Shown here: one piece after another, positions 1 to 11,725 of the stretch
How positions within the stretch are numbered: the stretch's first letter is position 1
How the letters are laid out: the number at the start of each line of letters is the position of its first letter
From: Selaginella moellendorffii
Lineage: Eukaryota; Plantae; Lycopodiophyta
DNA length: 64,000 nucleotides
Assembly (NCBI RefSeq): GCF_000143415.4
Contig: NW_003314309.1
Coordinates: 1,177,199-1,241,198, forward strand
Direction: 5' to 3'
The notes under the pieces: generated by a model
What the model saw: only the letters and a program-made list of their open reading frames with translations
The model's database searches: none
Told to the model about the DNA's origin: nothing
Translations under genes and position numbers: made by a program

Positions 1-423
1 GCCATCTTTGGAACAGCACTGAGGTTTCCTGGTCTCAACACTTTGGGTCTCTCCATCGCCAGGCTCGACTTCCTTCCCGGAGGAATCATTCCCCCACACA
101 CCCATCCCAGAGCCTCGGAGATGGTCTACGTAGAAGAAGGGAGCGTCTACGCTGCCATTGTCACCGCGGACAATCGTTTGTTTGCTCGAGTGATGAACAG
201 AGGCGAAGTTATGGTGATTCCCCGAGGATTGATTCACTGGCAGATGAACGTTGGAAGAACAAATGCGAAGATCATTGCCACTCTCAACTCCCAATTTCCT
301 GGAATTCAATTTATTGGATCTTCCTTTTTTGGGTCTCGACCCCAAATCCCAAATGAGGTGCTCGAGAAGACTTTCTTCTTGGACGAGAACACAATCAATC
401 ATGTCCGATCCAACTTTATGTAA
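1..423 (+). CDS. Germin-like protein (cupin), 5' end outside the window
   Basis: Open frame from base 1 (AIFGTALRFPGLNTLGLSIARLDF). Germin box GIIPPHTHPRASE and PRGLIHWQMNVG. Close paralog of 5555..6208. Confidence 0.95.
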   Translation, partial: AIFGTALRFPGLNTLGLSIARLDFLPGGIIPPHTHPRASEMVYVEEGSVYAAIVTADNRLFARVMNRGEVMVIPRGLIHWQMNVGRTNAKIIATLNSQFPGIQFIGSSFFGSRPQIPNEVLEKTFFLDENTINHVRSNFM

Positions 424-995
424 AAATATTCATTTTTCTTTATAAAAGAAAAAATTTCAAGTCTTGAAATCGTAAGAGCAGGTTGCCCAGCATTTGCTGG
501 CCAATTTCTTTCCAAGACAAAAACTATAAATTTCCTTTCAGAGAAGATCACAGGCAACAAATTTCAGATCGTATAATTTCTGTTGGAAGCCTCATTCTCT
601 TCGCATAGAGGCTATGAGCCGTACTTTGAGTGATTGTATATCCACAAAGATCAATCATAAACTTTGGAGTAGGCAAAGATCATTGTCGAGCTACTTTGAC
701 CTGATCATGGATTCTTTTCTTTGTATTAAGACTTTCAGCTCATTAAACTCCTCGATTTAAAACAAAATCAAACACTTCAGCGTCATTACCAAGTTTGACT
801 GCCGAAGTTATTGATTAAAATTCTTTACATGGTCGGCGACCAAAATCGTGTTTCACGTTAGCCATCCATGAAAAAAAACTCTCAGCAAAGTTTCCAGTTA
901 TAAAAGCTGGAGTGCTTGGACAGCCAGAGCATTCAGCTTTTATTCAGCCAAGCACACGCATTTCACGTGTGTTTGGCACATGGGAGGGATGAATG

Positions 996-1113
996 GAGGA
1001 AATTCAGTTTATTCCAGCGTCCATGTTCGGTTCCAGTCCCGGCTGAGGTGCTCAAGAAGACCTTTATTTTGGATGAGAGGACCATCGAGCAAGTGCGATC
1101 CAAGTTCATTTGA
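996..1113 (+). pseudogene. Germin-like protein C-terminal fragment
   Basis: IQFIPASMFGS and, after a frame change, VPAEVLKKTFILDERTIEQVRSKFI* match the C-terminus of the two germins. No upstream germin box. Confidence 0.8.
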
Positions 1114-1224
1114 ATTTATTTAATATCTTCAAACTTAAAATGAAATCTAATTATTGAGCTTCCAGACCGTAAATCGTTGAGCAGAACTTGGTTGATTCGT
1201 CACAGAAGAAGATTTTGCGTGGAT

Positions 1225-2078
1225 TCATTTCTGGAAGTGAAGGGATGTGAGCAGGGTGCTCTGCTCCACATTGGACATGCGAGCATACAGGACCTGCTCG
1301 TTGACTTGGAGAAGATTAATGAGGTGAATGCACACCATGATTCCATCTCCAACAAGCTCGGAGCTTGTGTCGCCGAACTCGATCTGAAGCAGGATGTTAT
1401 GCGCACCAATGTCGTTGCTCACGTTGTCCGGATCTCGCCATGTCCCCGAGACGCCCACCTCGGTCACCGCCTTAAAAGCAAAACGCAGATCAAGTCGAAC
1501 TTAAAACATTCATAGACTAACCTGGAAGAAGTTGAAAGCGTATGCTTTCTTCTGTGGAACTGTGAGAGAAAGAAGCTCTCTTTGATCTCTGTCAAGGTTC
1601 ACGCTGCTCTCTGCGTCTCCAAACAGCAGAGCCCACAGCATATCCTTTGCATTTTCGAGCAGCATCTTCCCGGATTCCGTTCTGTGTTCATCTGAGATAG
1701 CGGCAAGGCCTTGGCCTGGTGCATCTTTGGTAAGATACCCCCTTGCTTTACCAAAACATTCCTCTGGCACTTGGGCCATTTTTCCTTGACCCATCCCAGG
1801 AGCATTTCCTCACTGATGCCCCCGCTCTGCTTGAGCCGCGAGATTATGTCCGACTGTGCATCTCCTACGATCTTAGAGACCTTCTCATTCGATGCCTTAC
1901 CGATTTGGCTATCCCTGTGCTTCAAAATGCTGATCCTGTCGCTTGCATTTTTGACACCGATGCTTTTGAGCAGATCATGGTTGAAGTCTGGGATGTGCTC
2001 CCCATTTAGCTCATTCTCATGGAACAGAATGGCATGTTTCTCCATGCTACATGGAGTTAACCAGCTCTTCCAATCCAT
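1225..2078 (-). CDS. SAM-domain protein with putative PII/GlnB-like C-terminal domain; one -1 frameshift near 1769 (pseudogene or sequencing error); intron 1471..1521
   Basis: The N-terminus DWKSWLTPCSMEKHAILFHENELNGEHIPDFNHDLLKSIGVKNASDRISILKH fits the SAM pattern. ORFs 1599..2108 and 1510..1794 join as KWPK-VPEEC if one G is restored. A GT..AG intron joins FNFFQ|AVTEVG in frame to ORF 1225..1467. Confidence 0.7.
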
Positions 2079-2477
2079 CTTGCGACTTGTGACTCTCCTA
2101 ATGAGCAATCCCTAAGTGCAGTAATGCTTTAAAAAGATAGAACTGACTTAAGCTGTGGGCCAAAGTTACTTGCACTATACTTGACTGTTATATTGAATTA
2201 TTATAATTTAAATAAAATTTATTATTTTCTACTTGTGAGTGCTCAGGATATGGGAATAAATATATAAAAATAAATAGACCAAATTCAATACTAAATTGCT
2301 ATGATGCTAACTTGTGATTGTTACATTGAATTATCATATTTTATATAAAAAGTATTACTTTCCACTTATGAGTGCTTGGGATGGGCATAAGTATATAAAA
2401 ATGGATGGATCAAATTCAATTTTAAATGGATGGTCCATGTGCTATAATGCTATAATTAATGTATTACTTAAGTAGGC

Positions 2478-2479
<2 letters not shown>

Positions 2480-2562
<83 letters not shown>
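2480..2562. repeat. (AT)n microsatellite
   Basis: About 40 uninterrupted TA units. Confidence 0.98.
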
Positions 2563-2564
<2 letters not shown>

Positions 2565-5554
2565 ATGAAAAAGTGATGATTATAAGTTAGGTGGAATATC
2601 TAAAGATCCTACTAAGCAATTATAAACTGCCATAAGAACTTAAACTCCTACATAACCACTAATATAGTAACTAACAATTATGATAGAAACAAAATCTAAA
2701 GTTATAGCATAAATATCAATTGATTATAAAATTTTGATAAACCAATTAGAATTACATATATAACTACTAAATGCTTAAACCAACTTTGAACCAAAGTAAA
2801 GGACTTTCAGAGTTACTAAAGTTTACAAAACACCGCTATAACAAATAATTTACCCTTTGGCCATCTATCAAGGCCATTATTAATTCAAACTCATGACCAT
2901 TAACAAAATCTATCTCTATATCTTCCATTTGGTCAAGATTTGAGCTTTGTGTTATTTTGAAATTCTAACCTTTTTTTTCGTCTAGCACCATACATGGGCA
3001 TTTCATTTATCTTACATATCCTCTTTATCCCCTTCTTGATGCAAAAAAGTTTTGAAACACACTACAATTATCCTCATTTTGTTATTTATATTTAGCCTCA
3101 CTTTACTATTGTATTCATTTAACTTTATTATGTTAAGGTTAAATGTTCAATTTGAACTCATTATGTTCATCCTTCTTTTACAATCCATGTCATTTTTTAT
3201 CATTCCACTACCATATCCACTCATCTTTATCCTATTGTTAGGGCTAGAATTTTGTCCATCCATCCCCTTTATGCCCTATTTTGAAAAAAATTTAAAATAT
3301 TAAAGTAAAAAAGGAAAAAGTGAATAAAGAAAAGAAGAAAAAAAAGTGGATAAAAAAGGAATTTTCAATAGCTGTAAAGGTGGATATAGGGAAGTAAAAA
3401 GAAGATATGTATTTAAAGCTTAGATAATAAGGGATATGCTGTTATAAAATACTGTAGCTACCATAAGATAAATAAGAGATTCACATTACTCAACTTTCTC
3501 GACATATAACTCAACACTTCATACAGGAAAATTTATAGAAAATTTATACTTTCAAAAGAATAAAAACTTCTCAGCAATAATAGTAAAATTAAGTCTTTTA
3601 ATGGCATTTATAATAAAAAATATCTACTTACCTCAAAACTTTGGTAGAAATGATTTAACCCTTAGAATAAAGGATATTCAATACTAGAATTAGTCGAATA
3701 CTCCATAACAAAATAAAAATAAAATTCTCAACTTCACATATATTCAACATTTAGATTAGTATGAGGAGGATAGAAAACACTCAACTCAAGTACTAAATTG
3801 AGAATGAGAATTATAATCAATATGTTAGAAGAAGGAAATATTGTAGATAAGGAAGAATACAAAGAATATAAGGTGGGTCAAATAGAGAAGTTTGGAAAAA
3901 ACAAAAGGTAAAAAGAAAAGATCAAATGGTAGTTTAAAGGATTGACATATATTTTCCAAAATCTCTAACTTATCTTCAAATATATCTCTATAATAATCAA
4001 GCTCCTTGTTACAATTCAAAATTCACTCAAATTTCTACACATTATTTTCTCATAAACTCAATTCTTGAACATTTTCCAAAAACTAAATTGTATTATTTAT
4101 AACTCTCCAATTAATAGTAAGGAGATATGGCAAGACAATAAATATAGAATATACTATGTAATCATGTTTTATAGAATTTGATGAGGGCAATATATCAAGG
4201 ATGGGCACAACATTTATATAGTCATGCCTCACAACACCAAAAGCTAGATTTAACAAAACAACATTAACAGCCTCAAGTGATAAACTCCTCAATTGATGAC
4301 AACGTGACATGACAAAAGAGGAGAATGCAATGGAGATTGAGAATGAAAAATAAATTTATAGCTATAATTTTTCTATAATATATTAATATTATATTTATAA
4401 TTAAAGACTTTATCAATTGAATAACATTGCTATTTCTATATGTAATATGCAATAAATTATTATAATAGTTATATTTTCAATATTAATGTTTTATTTACTA
4501 TAAAAAACTTGTCATTAAGAGAAGAGAAAATGACAAGATTAATAATAAAAACTTTTATCTAATTTAGGTATGGATATATGTTATTGTATAATAAGTTTTA
4601 AGTTTAAATATCATAAGTAGAAGTTTAGGATTCAATTCCTACCATGGCTAATAGTGGCTCCTCAATAAAAACATAGGCATAATAAATACATAATATCATG
4701 CTTCTTTATGATGCTAAGCATAGAGAAAGAACTTAAGTATTAATATGAAGACTAAGTTGGCTAGAACTATTAACAACATCGCAATGACTAATGAGAATTA
4801 AGATCATTATTGAAAAATGGAAAGTGATATGTTAGAAATTATTATAAGAAAACTCAGTAAATGAAGGAGATCAACTCAATCACCTTATTAATAGAAATTA
4901 AAACATAAAAAATATTACTTAAATTTTTTAGAAATACGCTCTGATTAGATGGTGAAAAGTTGATAATTTACTTTTGAGGCAAAGGAGGAAAGAAATAAAC
5001 ATTAAAAAAAGTTGGAAATAAATTTATAATCAGCTTGTCTTGGTTAAAAATTATTTTTCTGATAAATTAAAATCAAACAGAATTCCTAAAGAAACTGTAC
5101 ATTAGATGGACTATTAACTTTGATATCAGACCAAAGTTGTTTCTTTTCTAATGCTGGGGTGTAATTTTATAAAAGATTCACTTCATTTAGGGAATTGGGT
5201 TGTCCGAGTCATGTTTTCTTTTATTCAGCGTGATTCATAGAGTTAATCACTTAAGTCTATTTGCGAATTGTGTTTTCGATCACTGTGTATTAAGTTAAAA
5301 TCATAAGACCAGAAACACAGAATATTCTCAAAGCAGCTGACTTCGTCCAGCAAGCTCTACAATTTTCAAAACTCGCTGTTCCAATATAGTTGGCTCACTC
5401 GGTTGTCAAATTCTTACAATCCCAGCAACATCCAAGAAACGTACACATTGATAATCGTGTAACTTCTCAGTATATATATCTTCTCTCATCTCCAAGCGAA
5501 ATCATTCATTCATCCATCCTCTTCGAGATCCAAAAGTTTTTGATCAGTGAAAAG

Positions 5555-6208
5555 ATGGCTGTTTCCAAATCTCAAGCTCTTGGGATTGCCTTGCTCGCAA
5601 TCTTCGTCACTGTGGCAGTTTCATCCGATCCAGATCCACTCCAGGACTTTTGCATTGGAGACCTCACCGCTGTTCCAGGCGTCAATGGGTTCCCATGCAC
5701 GAACTCCTCGACAGTCACGGTGGACGATTTCATCTACAGCGGCATCGTCAATTCTTCCAACACCACGAACATCAATCGCTCCGGCGCCATCTTTGGGACA
5801 GTGCTGAGGTTTCCTGGTCTCAACACCTTGGGTCTCTCCATCGCCAGGCTCGACTTCCTCCCCGAAGGAATCATCCCCCCACACACCCATCCCAGAGCCT
5901 CGGAGATGGTCTACGTAGAAGAGGGCAGCGTCTACGCCGCCATCGTCACCGCGGACAATCGCTTGTTTGCTCGTGTCATGAACAGGGGCGAAGTCATGGT
6001 GATTCCTCGCGGATTGATCCACTGGCAGATGAATGTTGGGACTGGCAACGCGAAGATCATTGCCACTCTCAACTCCCAGCTGCCTGGAATCCAGTTCATC
6101 GCGAGATCCATGTTTGGTTCCCGTCCAGAGGTCCCAGACGAGGTGCTCGAGAAGACCTTCTTCTTGGACGAGGCCGCTATCAATCAAGTCCGATCCAACT
6201 TCGTTTGA
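5555..6208 (+). CDS. Germin-like protein, intronless, secreted
   Basis: Signal peptide MAVSKSQALGIALLAIFVTVAVSS, then DPDPLQDFC, germin box PPHTHPRASE and GLIHWQ. TATA-like tatatatat near 5471. Confidence 0.95.
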   Translation: MAVSKSQALGIALLAIFVTVAVSSDPDPLQDFCIGDLTAVPGVNGFPCTNSSTVTVDDFIYSGIVNSSNTTNINRSGAIFGTVLRFPGLNTLGLSIARLDFLPEGIIPPHTHPRASEMVYVEEGSVYAAIVTADNRLFARVMNRGEVMVIPRGLIHWQMNVGTGNAKIIATLNSQLPGIQFIARSMFGSRPEVPDEVLEKTFFLDEAAINQVRSNFV

Positions 6209-6655
6209 TCTTATCAGTAGCAAAGTTCTTCTTCTTGTATAATCTTATCCATTTGTTCTTTTCAATCGATCATTCTTCGTATAATCTCTGTAGAGCAAAA
6301 AAAATCCAAGGAAACGTTTGCTTGGCTAGAAAGAGTGACCTACCCGGAGCTTCCATCCAAGAGCCAAATCGAAAGGCGCCACCTGGCAGTGGTGCTCTTA
6401 CGCGGTGGTATATTCTATCCCCGGAAGGGAGAGTCCTAAAGTGTGTTCTTTGGATCTATTTTGTTCCTCCGCCCTCCTCCCTCCAGCTCGCCGCCGCCGG
6501 CAAGAGCGTCGCATCCGCCGGCGCCATCGCCATCGCCATCGCCTGTAGAAGCGCAGGTAAATCTTTCCCTTCTTGATCGATCCGCCTCGATCGAGCCTCG
6601 CCGGATTTCGAAAGGTCATAATCTCACGATCTTTGCTCAGAAGCGCAAGATCCGA

Positions 6656-8732
6656 ATGGCGTTCGAGAAGATCAAGGTGGAGAATCCCATCGTGGAGATG
6701 GACGGTGAGTGAGGAGATATTTTTGTTCTTCCCCTCTACAGGATCGCTCACATTTCTACGCTTTTTCGGTTTCTTCCTTGCAGGAGATGAGATGACCCGG
6801 ATCATCTGGCAAATGATCAAGGACAAGGTTTTGTCACGCGCTCTTTTTTCCCTTCTCCACATTTTTTTTCTTCTCTTCCATAGATTTTAACTTGGCCCAT
6901 TCTTGCAGCTCATTTTTCCATTCCTTGATTTGGATATTAAATACTTTGACTTGGGCCTTCCACGTCGTGACGAAACTGATGACAAAGTCACAGTTGAGAG
7001 TGCCGAAGCAACCCTCAAGTAACATATATATATATCCTCCTTTCCCTTTTTCCTGGAAAAATCTGTTTCTTCCCAATTGTAAAGGTACAATGTTGCGATC
7101 AAGTGTGCAACGATCACGCCAGGTACACCGGTGCTTTTGTGCTCGTAGTTTTCTTCTCATGCTTTGCGTATGGATTTTGGCTATCAGACGAAGCTCGAGT
7201 CAAGGAATTCGGCCTCAAGGCAATGTGGAAAAGTCCCAATGGGACAATTCGTAACATTTTGAACGGTAAGACACAGACTTTGGTGGATGGCATGTCTTAC
7301 GTGCAATGTGACGTGCAGGGACTGTTTTTAGAGAGCCGATTGTCTGCAAGAACGTCCCGAGGCTTGTTCCAGGTGAGTGTTTGCGGCGTTTCCTTTTAGT
7401 TTTGTTTACTACGACGAACTCCAGGGTGGACGAAACCAATTTGCATTGGAAGGCATGCTTTTGGAGACCAGTATCGTGCCACCGATACAGTTATCAAGGG
7501 CTCTGGAAAGCTTAAGCTGGTTTTTGGTAAGAAGAAAACAGGATTTTCTCATTTTTTTTACCTTTTGTGTACTCTGCTGTGCAGTGCCTGAGAATGGAGA
7601 GGCCTCTGAATTCGAGGTTTACGACTTCAAGGGAGATGGAGGAGTCGCTCTTTCTATGTACAACACTGATGAGGTTCGGGTGTCTGTTGCAGTAAGTCTT
7701 CTATAACGTTTTGAGTTTGTAACAGTCCATTCGTTCCTTTGCACAAGCCTCTATGACTACTGCTCTGGCAAAGAAGTGGCCTCTATACTTGAGCACCAAA
7801 AACACGATTTTGAAGAAGTACGATGGCAGGTAAAAGTTTTCAGATGGTAATTCGTGGATACAAGCTCTAAGCTACATAAGTTATCAGGTTTAAGGATATC
7901 TTCCAAGAGGTCTACGAGGCGGAGTGGAAGAGCAAGTTTGAGGAAGCTGGCATCTGGTTTGTTTCGAATTTATATGTTTGCAATCTGCTTACGTGTTATC
8001 AACAGGTACGAGCATCGCCTGATTGACGATATGGTTGCTTATGCTCTCAAGAGCGATGGTGGATATGTCTGGGCATGCAAAAACTACGATGGTGATGTGC
8101 AGAGCGACTTTTTGGCACAAGGTACATTAATGCATTCTCTCTGTCATAGAGACTAAGCATGCCTGTGGCAGGATTTGGTTCCCTTGGATTGATGACTTCT
8201 GTGCTGGTGAGCCTATAGTGATGGTTTTTCTTTCTTCTTCCACTAACTTTGCTTTCACAGGTCTGCCCCGATGGAAAGACCATTGAAGCCGAAGCCGCTC
8301 ATGGGACTGTAACTCGGCACTACAGAGTACACCAGAAAGGCGGTGAAACCAGCACCAACAGCATCGCCTCCATCTTTGCCTGGTCTCGAGGCCTTTCTCA
8401 CAGGCATGGATTAGTTTCCCTCTCTTTCCTCGTATAATATTTGCGTTGCTAAACAGGGCGACACTGGATGGCAATGCGCGGCTAAGCGACTACGCAGAGA
8501 AGCTCGAGGCGGCTTGCGTAGGAATCGTTGAGTCTGGCAAAATGACAAAGGATCTCGCTCTGCTCATCCACGGGCCAAAGTAAGATAGAATTTTCAGCTT
8601 TCCTTTGGATTTTTCGCTACTGTTTTGTTGTGCAGGGTGACAAAGAAAGATTATCTTAACACCGAGGAGTTTATCGATGCCGTGGCTGCCGATCTTAAGC
8701 TCAGGCTGACAACCGCGCCGTCCAAATTGTAA
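6656..8732 (+). CDS. ICDH: NADP-dependent isocitrate dehydrogenase, multi-exon, C-terminal PTS1 (SKL)
   Basis: Exons [79 protein letters not shown]. Ends LTTAPSKL*. Confidence 0.97.
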
Positions 8733-9365
8733 AGCCGGCTCCCGATTTCTCAGTTAGATATTTTTTCCTGAGGTGCTCGGGTATATCCAACAGACCACTG
8801 ATTTCTTATCTCTCATTGTCACAGGGAAGCGTGAGCAAACACGGCTGGAAATTCTAATTTTTTTACGATCCATCCGGACAATTTCCCTCAAATAATATAA
8901 ACTTAAAATAATTATTAACAAGGACATTTGTTTCCGGGCTAATCGCTTCCATTTCATGGTAGATTATTTTCTATCATTTCGCTAGGCACGAGGACGACGA
9001 AAGCCTATGGTCATCTAAGGATCAAGCGAGAGGTCTGGCGTAGGGAATCTAAATCGGATACTTTGCGATAGGCTTCACCATTTAAGACAATTAGAAGGCA
9101 GCTCGAAGCATGAGATATGCTATGTAACAATATCTTTTAAGCTTTTTTCTTGATATTAGATTTTTCATGAAGCTGTCGGAGTGGATTTCTACTTGGGAGA
9201 CCTTTAGAAGCCACAAAGCCTTTCAAACCAAGTCTTTCATAAGCAAGTAGCTCTTTTTTTCTGCCTTATGCATTTTTATTTATTTATTTATTTATTATGA
9301 TTCCCTATTCTAAACGTTTTTATTTTTTATTTTTTGTAGCTCGACCAACTCCTTATGCCTCCACG

Positions 9366-9540
9366 TTTGCAGCCTCCAGCTTGAAATGGAACTGGAGCCG
9401 AGGCTGCAAAGGGGATGGCGCATGATAAAAATCAGACTGTAATGCCCGCTAATCTATCCCCTATGTAGCCTTCCAGCTTGAACTGAACTGGAGCCGGCTC
9501 CAGTTCCAGTTCAAGCTGGAAGGTGGGGATTAGCGGGCAT
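9366..9540. repeat. Two adjacent related hairpins (9366..9410 and 9442..9540)
   Basis: Hairpin 1: tttgcagcctc...gaggctgcaaa. Hairpin 2: atgcccgctaatc...ccttccagcttgaactgaactggagcc|ggctccagttccagttcaagctggaagg...gattagcgggcat. Both share the core ccagcttgaa.tg(g)aactggagccg. Confidence 0.85.
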
Positions 9541-9560
9541 GGTCACCCAACGGTTTTAAC

Positions 9561-10700
9561 ATGAGTCACTCCTTTCATTGTTTTTTTTTGGAAGAAAACA
9601 ATGTCTTTTTGTTTTTTTTTTTAATTCTTTTTTCTTTGCTAGTGATTTATGGTAATGCTTGTAATTTTGAAAAAAAATTGTGTCCTACTGGAATCTTTAG
9701 CTTTTCTGATTCACTTTCGGATACTGGTAATCGCAACCTCAGCAGCAGGGCTAGGTGCATTCAGTCTTTCTGGACATTTACCAGAATTACATTGGAAAAA
9801 CCCACTGAAAGATTTTGTGATGGGTATGATTATTTATCTCGTCAATTGAAGTTGCGTGATATTGAGCCTCTCAGTTTAACTTATAGTGGTACTTATTTCA
9901 CAAGTTTAAATTTTGGTTATGCTGGAGCAATTGTTCGTTCACCTTCTTTCGCTACTCCCCATATATTGTCTGCAGATTTTATATGGCATAAACAACAAGT
10001 TAATGACCATCAAAATGGTGCTAAACTTGATAAGAAAATGCTATATGAAAAAGCACTTTGTTATATTGAAATTGGTGGCAATGATCGTGGTTATGGAATG
10101 CCAGATTTTGCATATGTGATGAATAATACAATTCCAGCGGTAGTTAAGGGTATCAAATCTAGTATTATGGATTTATACAATTCTGATGCAAAATATTTTA
10201 TGGTAATGAATCTTCCTCGTTATGATTGTGCTCCTAGTTAATTACAATTATTTTCTGATGCTACTGGGATGCATTATGATAAATTTGGATGTCTTGTTAA
10301 GGCTAGAAATACTATTGATTTATTTAATAAGTAATTATTGGATATGGTAAATGATATTAACAATCAAAATCATGTTATTGAAGTATATTATTTTGATTGG
10401 TTTTCTGCAAGTAATAATATAATTGAAACCATGGAGCAATATGGATTTAAAAGTTATAAACAAGCTTGTTGTGGCATACCTGAAGGTGATTTCAATTGTG
10501 TTACTGATAATAATACAGCATTATGTGGTTGTGGATCACCGAGTGATACTGTATTCAACAATCCAAGTGAATGTTTATTATTTGATGGCACTCATTTCAC
10601 TCAGCAGTTTTATGAAGTTTCTTCTAAACTCATTCCCAATTATATTATTCCAACTGTGAGTTTATTGCCCGGCTGTGGAGTACCAATGCCATCCTCATAA
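9561..10700 (+). pseudogene. GDSL esterase/lipase pseudogene, intronless and AT-rich
   Basis: Blocks FSFSDSLSDTGN, NFGYAGA, IGGND and FDGTHFT. In-frame TAA stops at 10239 and 10332. Confidence 0.85.
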
Positions 10701-11725
10701 AACCGATTGATATAAATTCCTAATTTCAATATCTAATTTTTTTACTTTGTTTTTTGCGAATTTAACTTGTCGTTTTTCTTTTTTACGAATGAAGCGTTCG
10801 CTTGATTGAGAGAGAACAATGCGACACTGGAATGGATGCTGAATCTGAGATGTTACACAAGCAAGAATATGGTTGCATTGTTGTGAGGTCATCACCAGCA
10901 GCTGGAACTTGAGCCTCTTGCCACCATCTGTCGTGGTGGAAAGTCTGTCGGCATTATGGATCGCGCTCTTTTCTTCTTTTTTGAAGCTAGCATTAAAGCT
11001 AGCATGAAACCTGAGGAGAATGACCAAGGAAAACAAGTCTCCCGAGTTCCAACCTCCGTCACCAGGTTGATGGAATTCCTGTTCAGTTTGGGAAGACGAC
11101 CTCTCCAGTAGTCGGCCGGGTATCGTTTACCACGTCTTCTATCAAGATAATCCTCTTGACACAATCGAGCGCTGCGGGTGGCTAAGCTCGAGATGAGAAG
11201 AACCTCTTTCAGAAATTGGTCTTCGTTTGAGAGCATCTAGTTCTATCAAAAGGTTTGCATAGCTCGGACGGAGGAATCACACTTACGTACGCGATGGAAA
11301 AGAATGCGTCTCCACAGCTGTTTATCTTGACACGGATGCTCAATATTTGAAAATATACCTTACAACGACGTGATGAGCTTGGGAGATAAAACATCACTAC
11401 CGTATGATCGATCTCGCAGAGCAAAGAACGAGGAACGACTTTGCAGCATGCCATTTTTCTCGTACTTGATTTGCTGGAGCAGCCTTCTTTGTAGACCCCA
11501 TCGATGCAGGAGAGACTTTTAAGATGGACCCGAGCAACACCATCGCAAAGTTAAGGAAAAAAAACCTGTATTTCATAACAAAAATCTTCCACTCACGAGC
11601 ACTTTGTTCTCTACAAGCTCTCTGGCTATTGCCACGAATCTCACCTTTGTACAGATAACAATTCATCCTATCCTATAAAATATGGAAAAGATAGAAGAAG
11701 AGCTCAAAAAAACTCACCACAATGC

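Noticed and set aside
2600-5300. AT-rich stretch with short hydrophobic ORFs (3052..3303, 3825..4019)
   Set aside because: Low-complexity translation with no motifs or termini. Probably very old TE debris that I cannot classify.
5621-6576. Long alternative-frame and antisense ORFs (308 aa, 200 aa) over the germin gene
   Set aside because: Shadow ORFs caused by GC-rich codon usage; no recognisable motifs.
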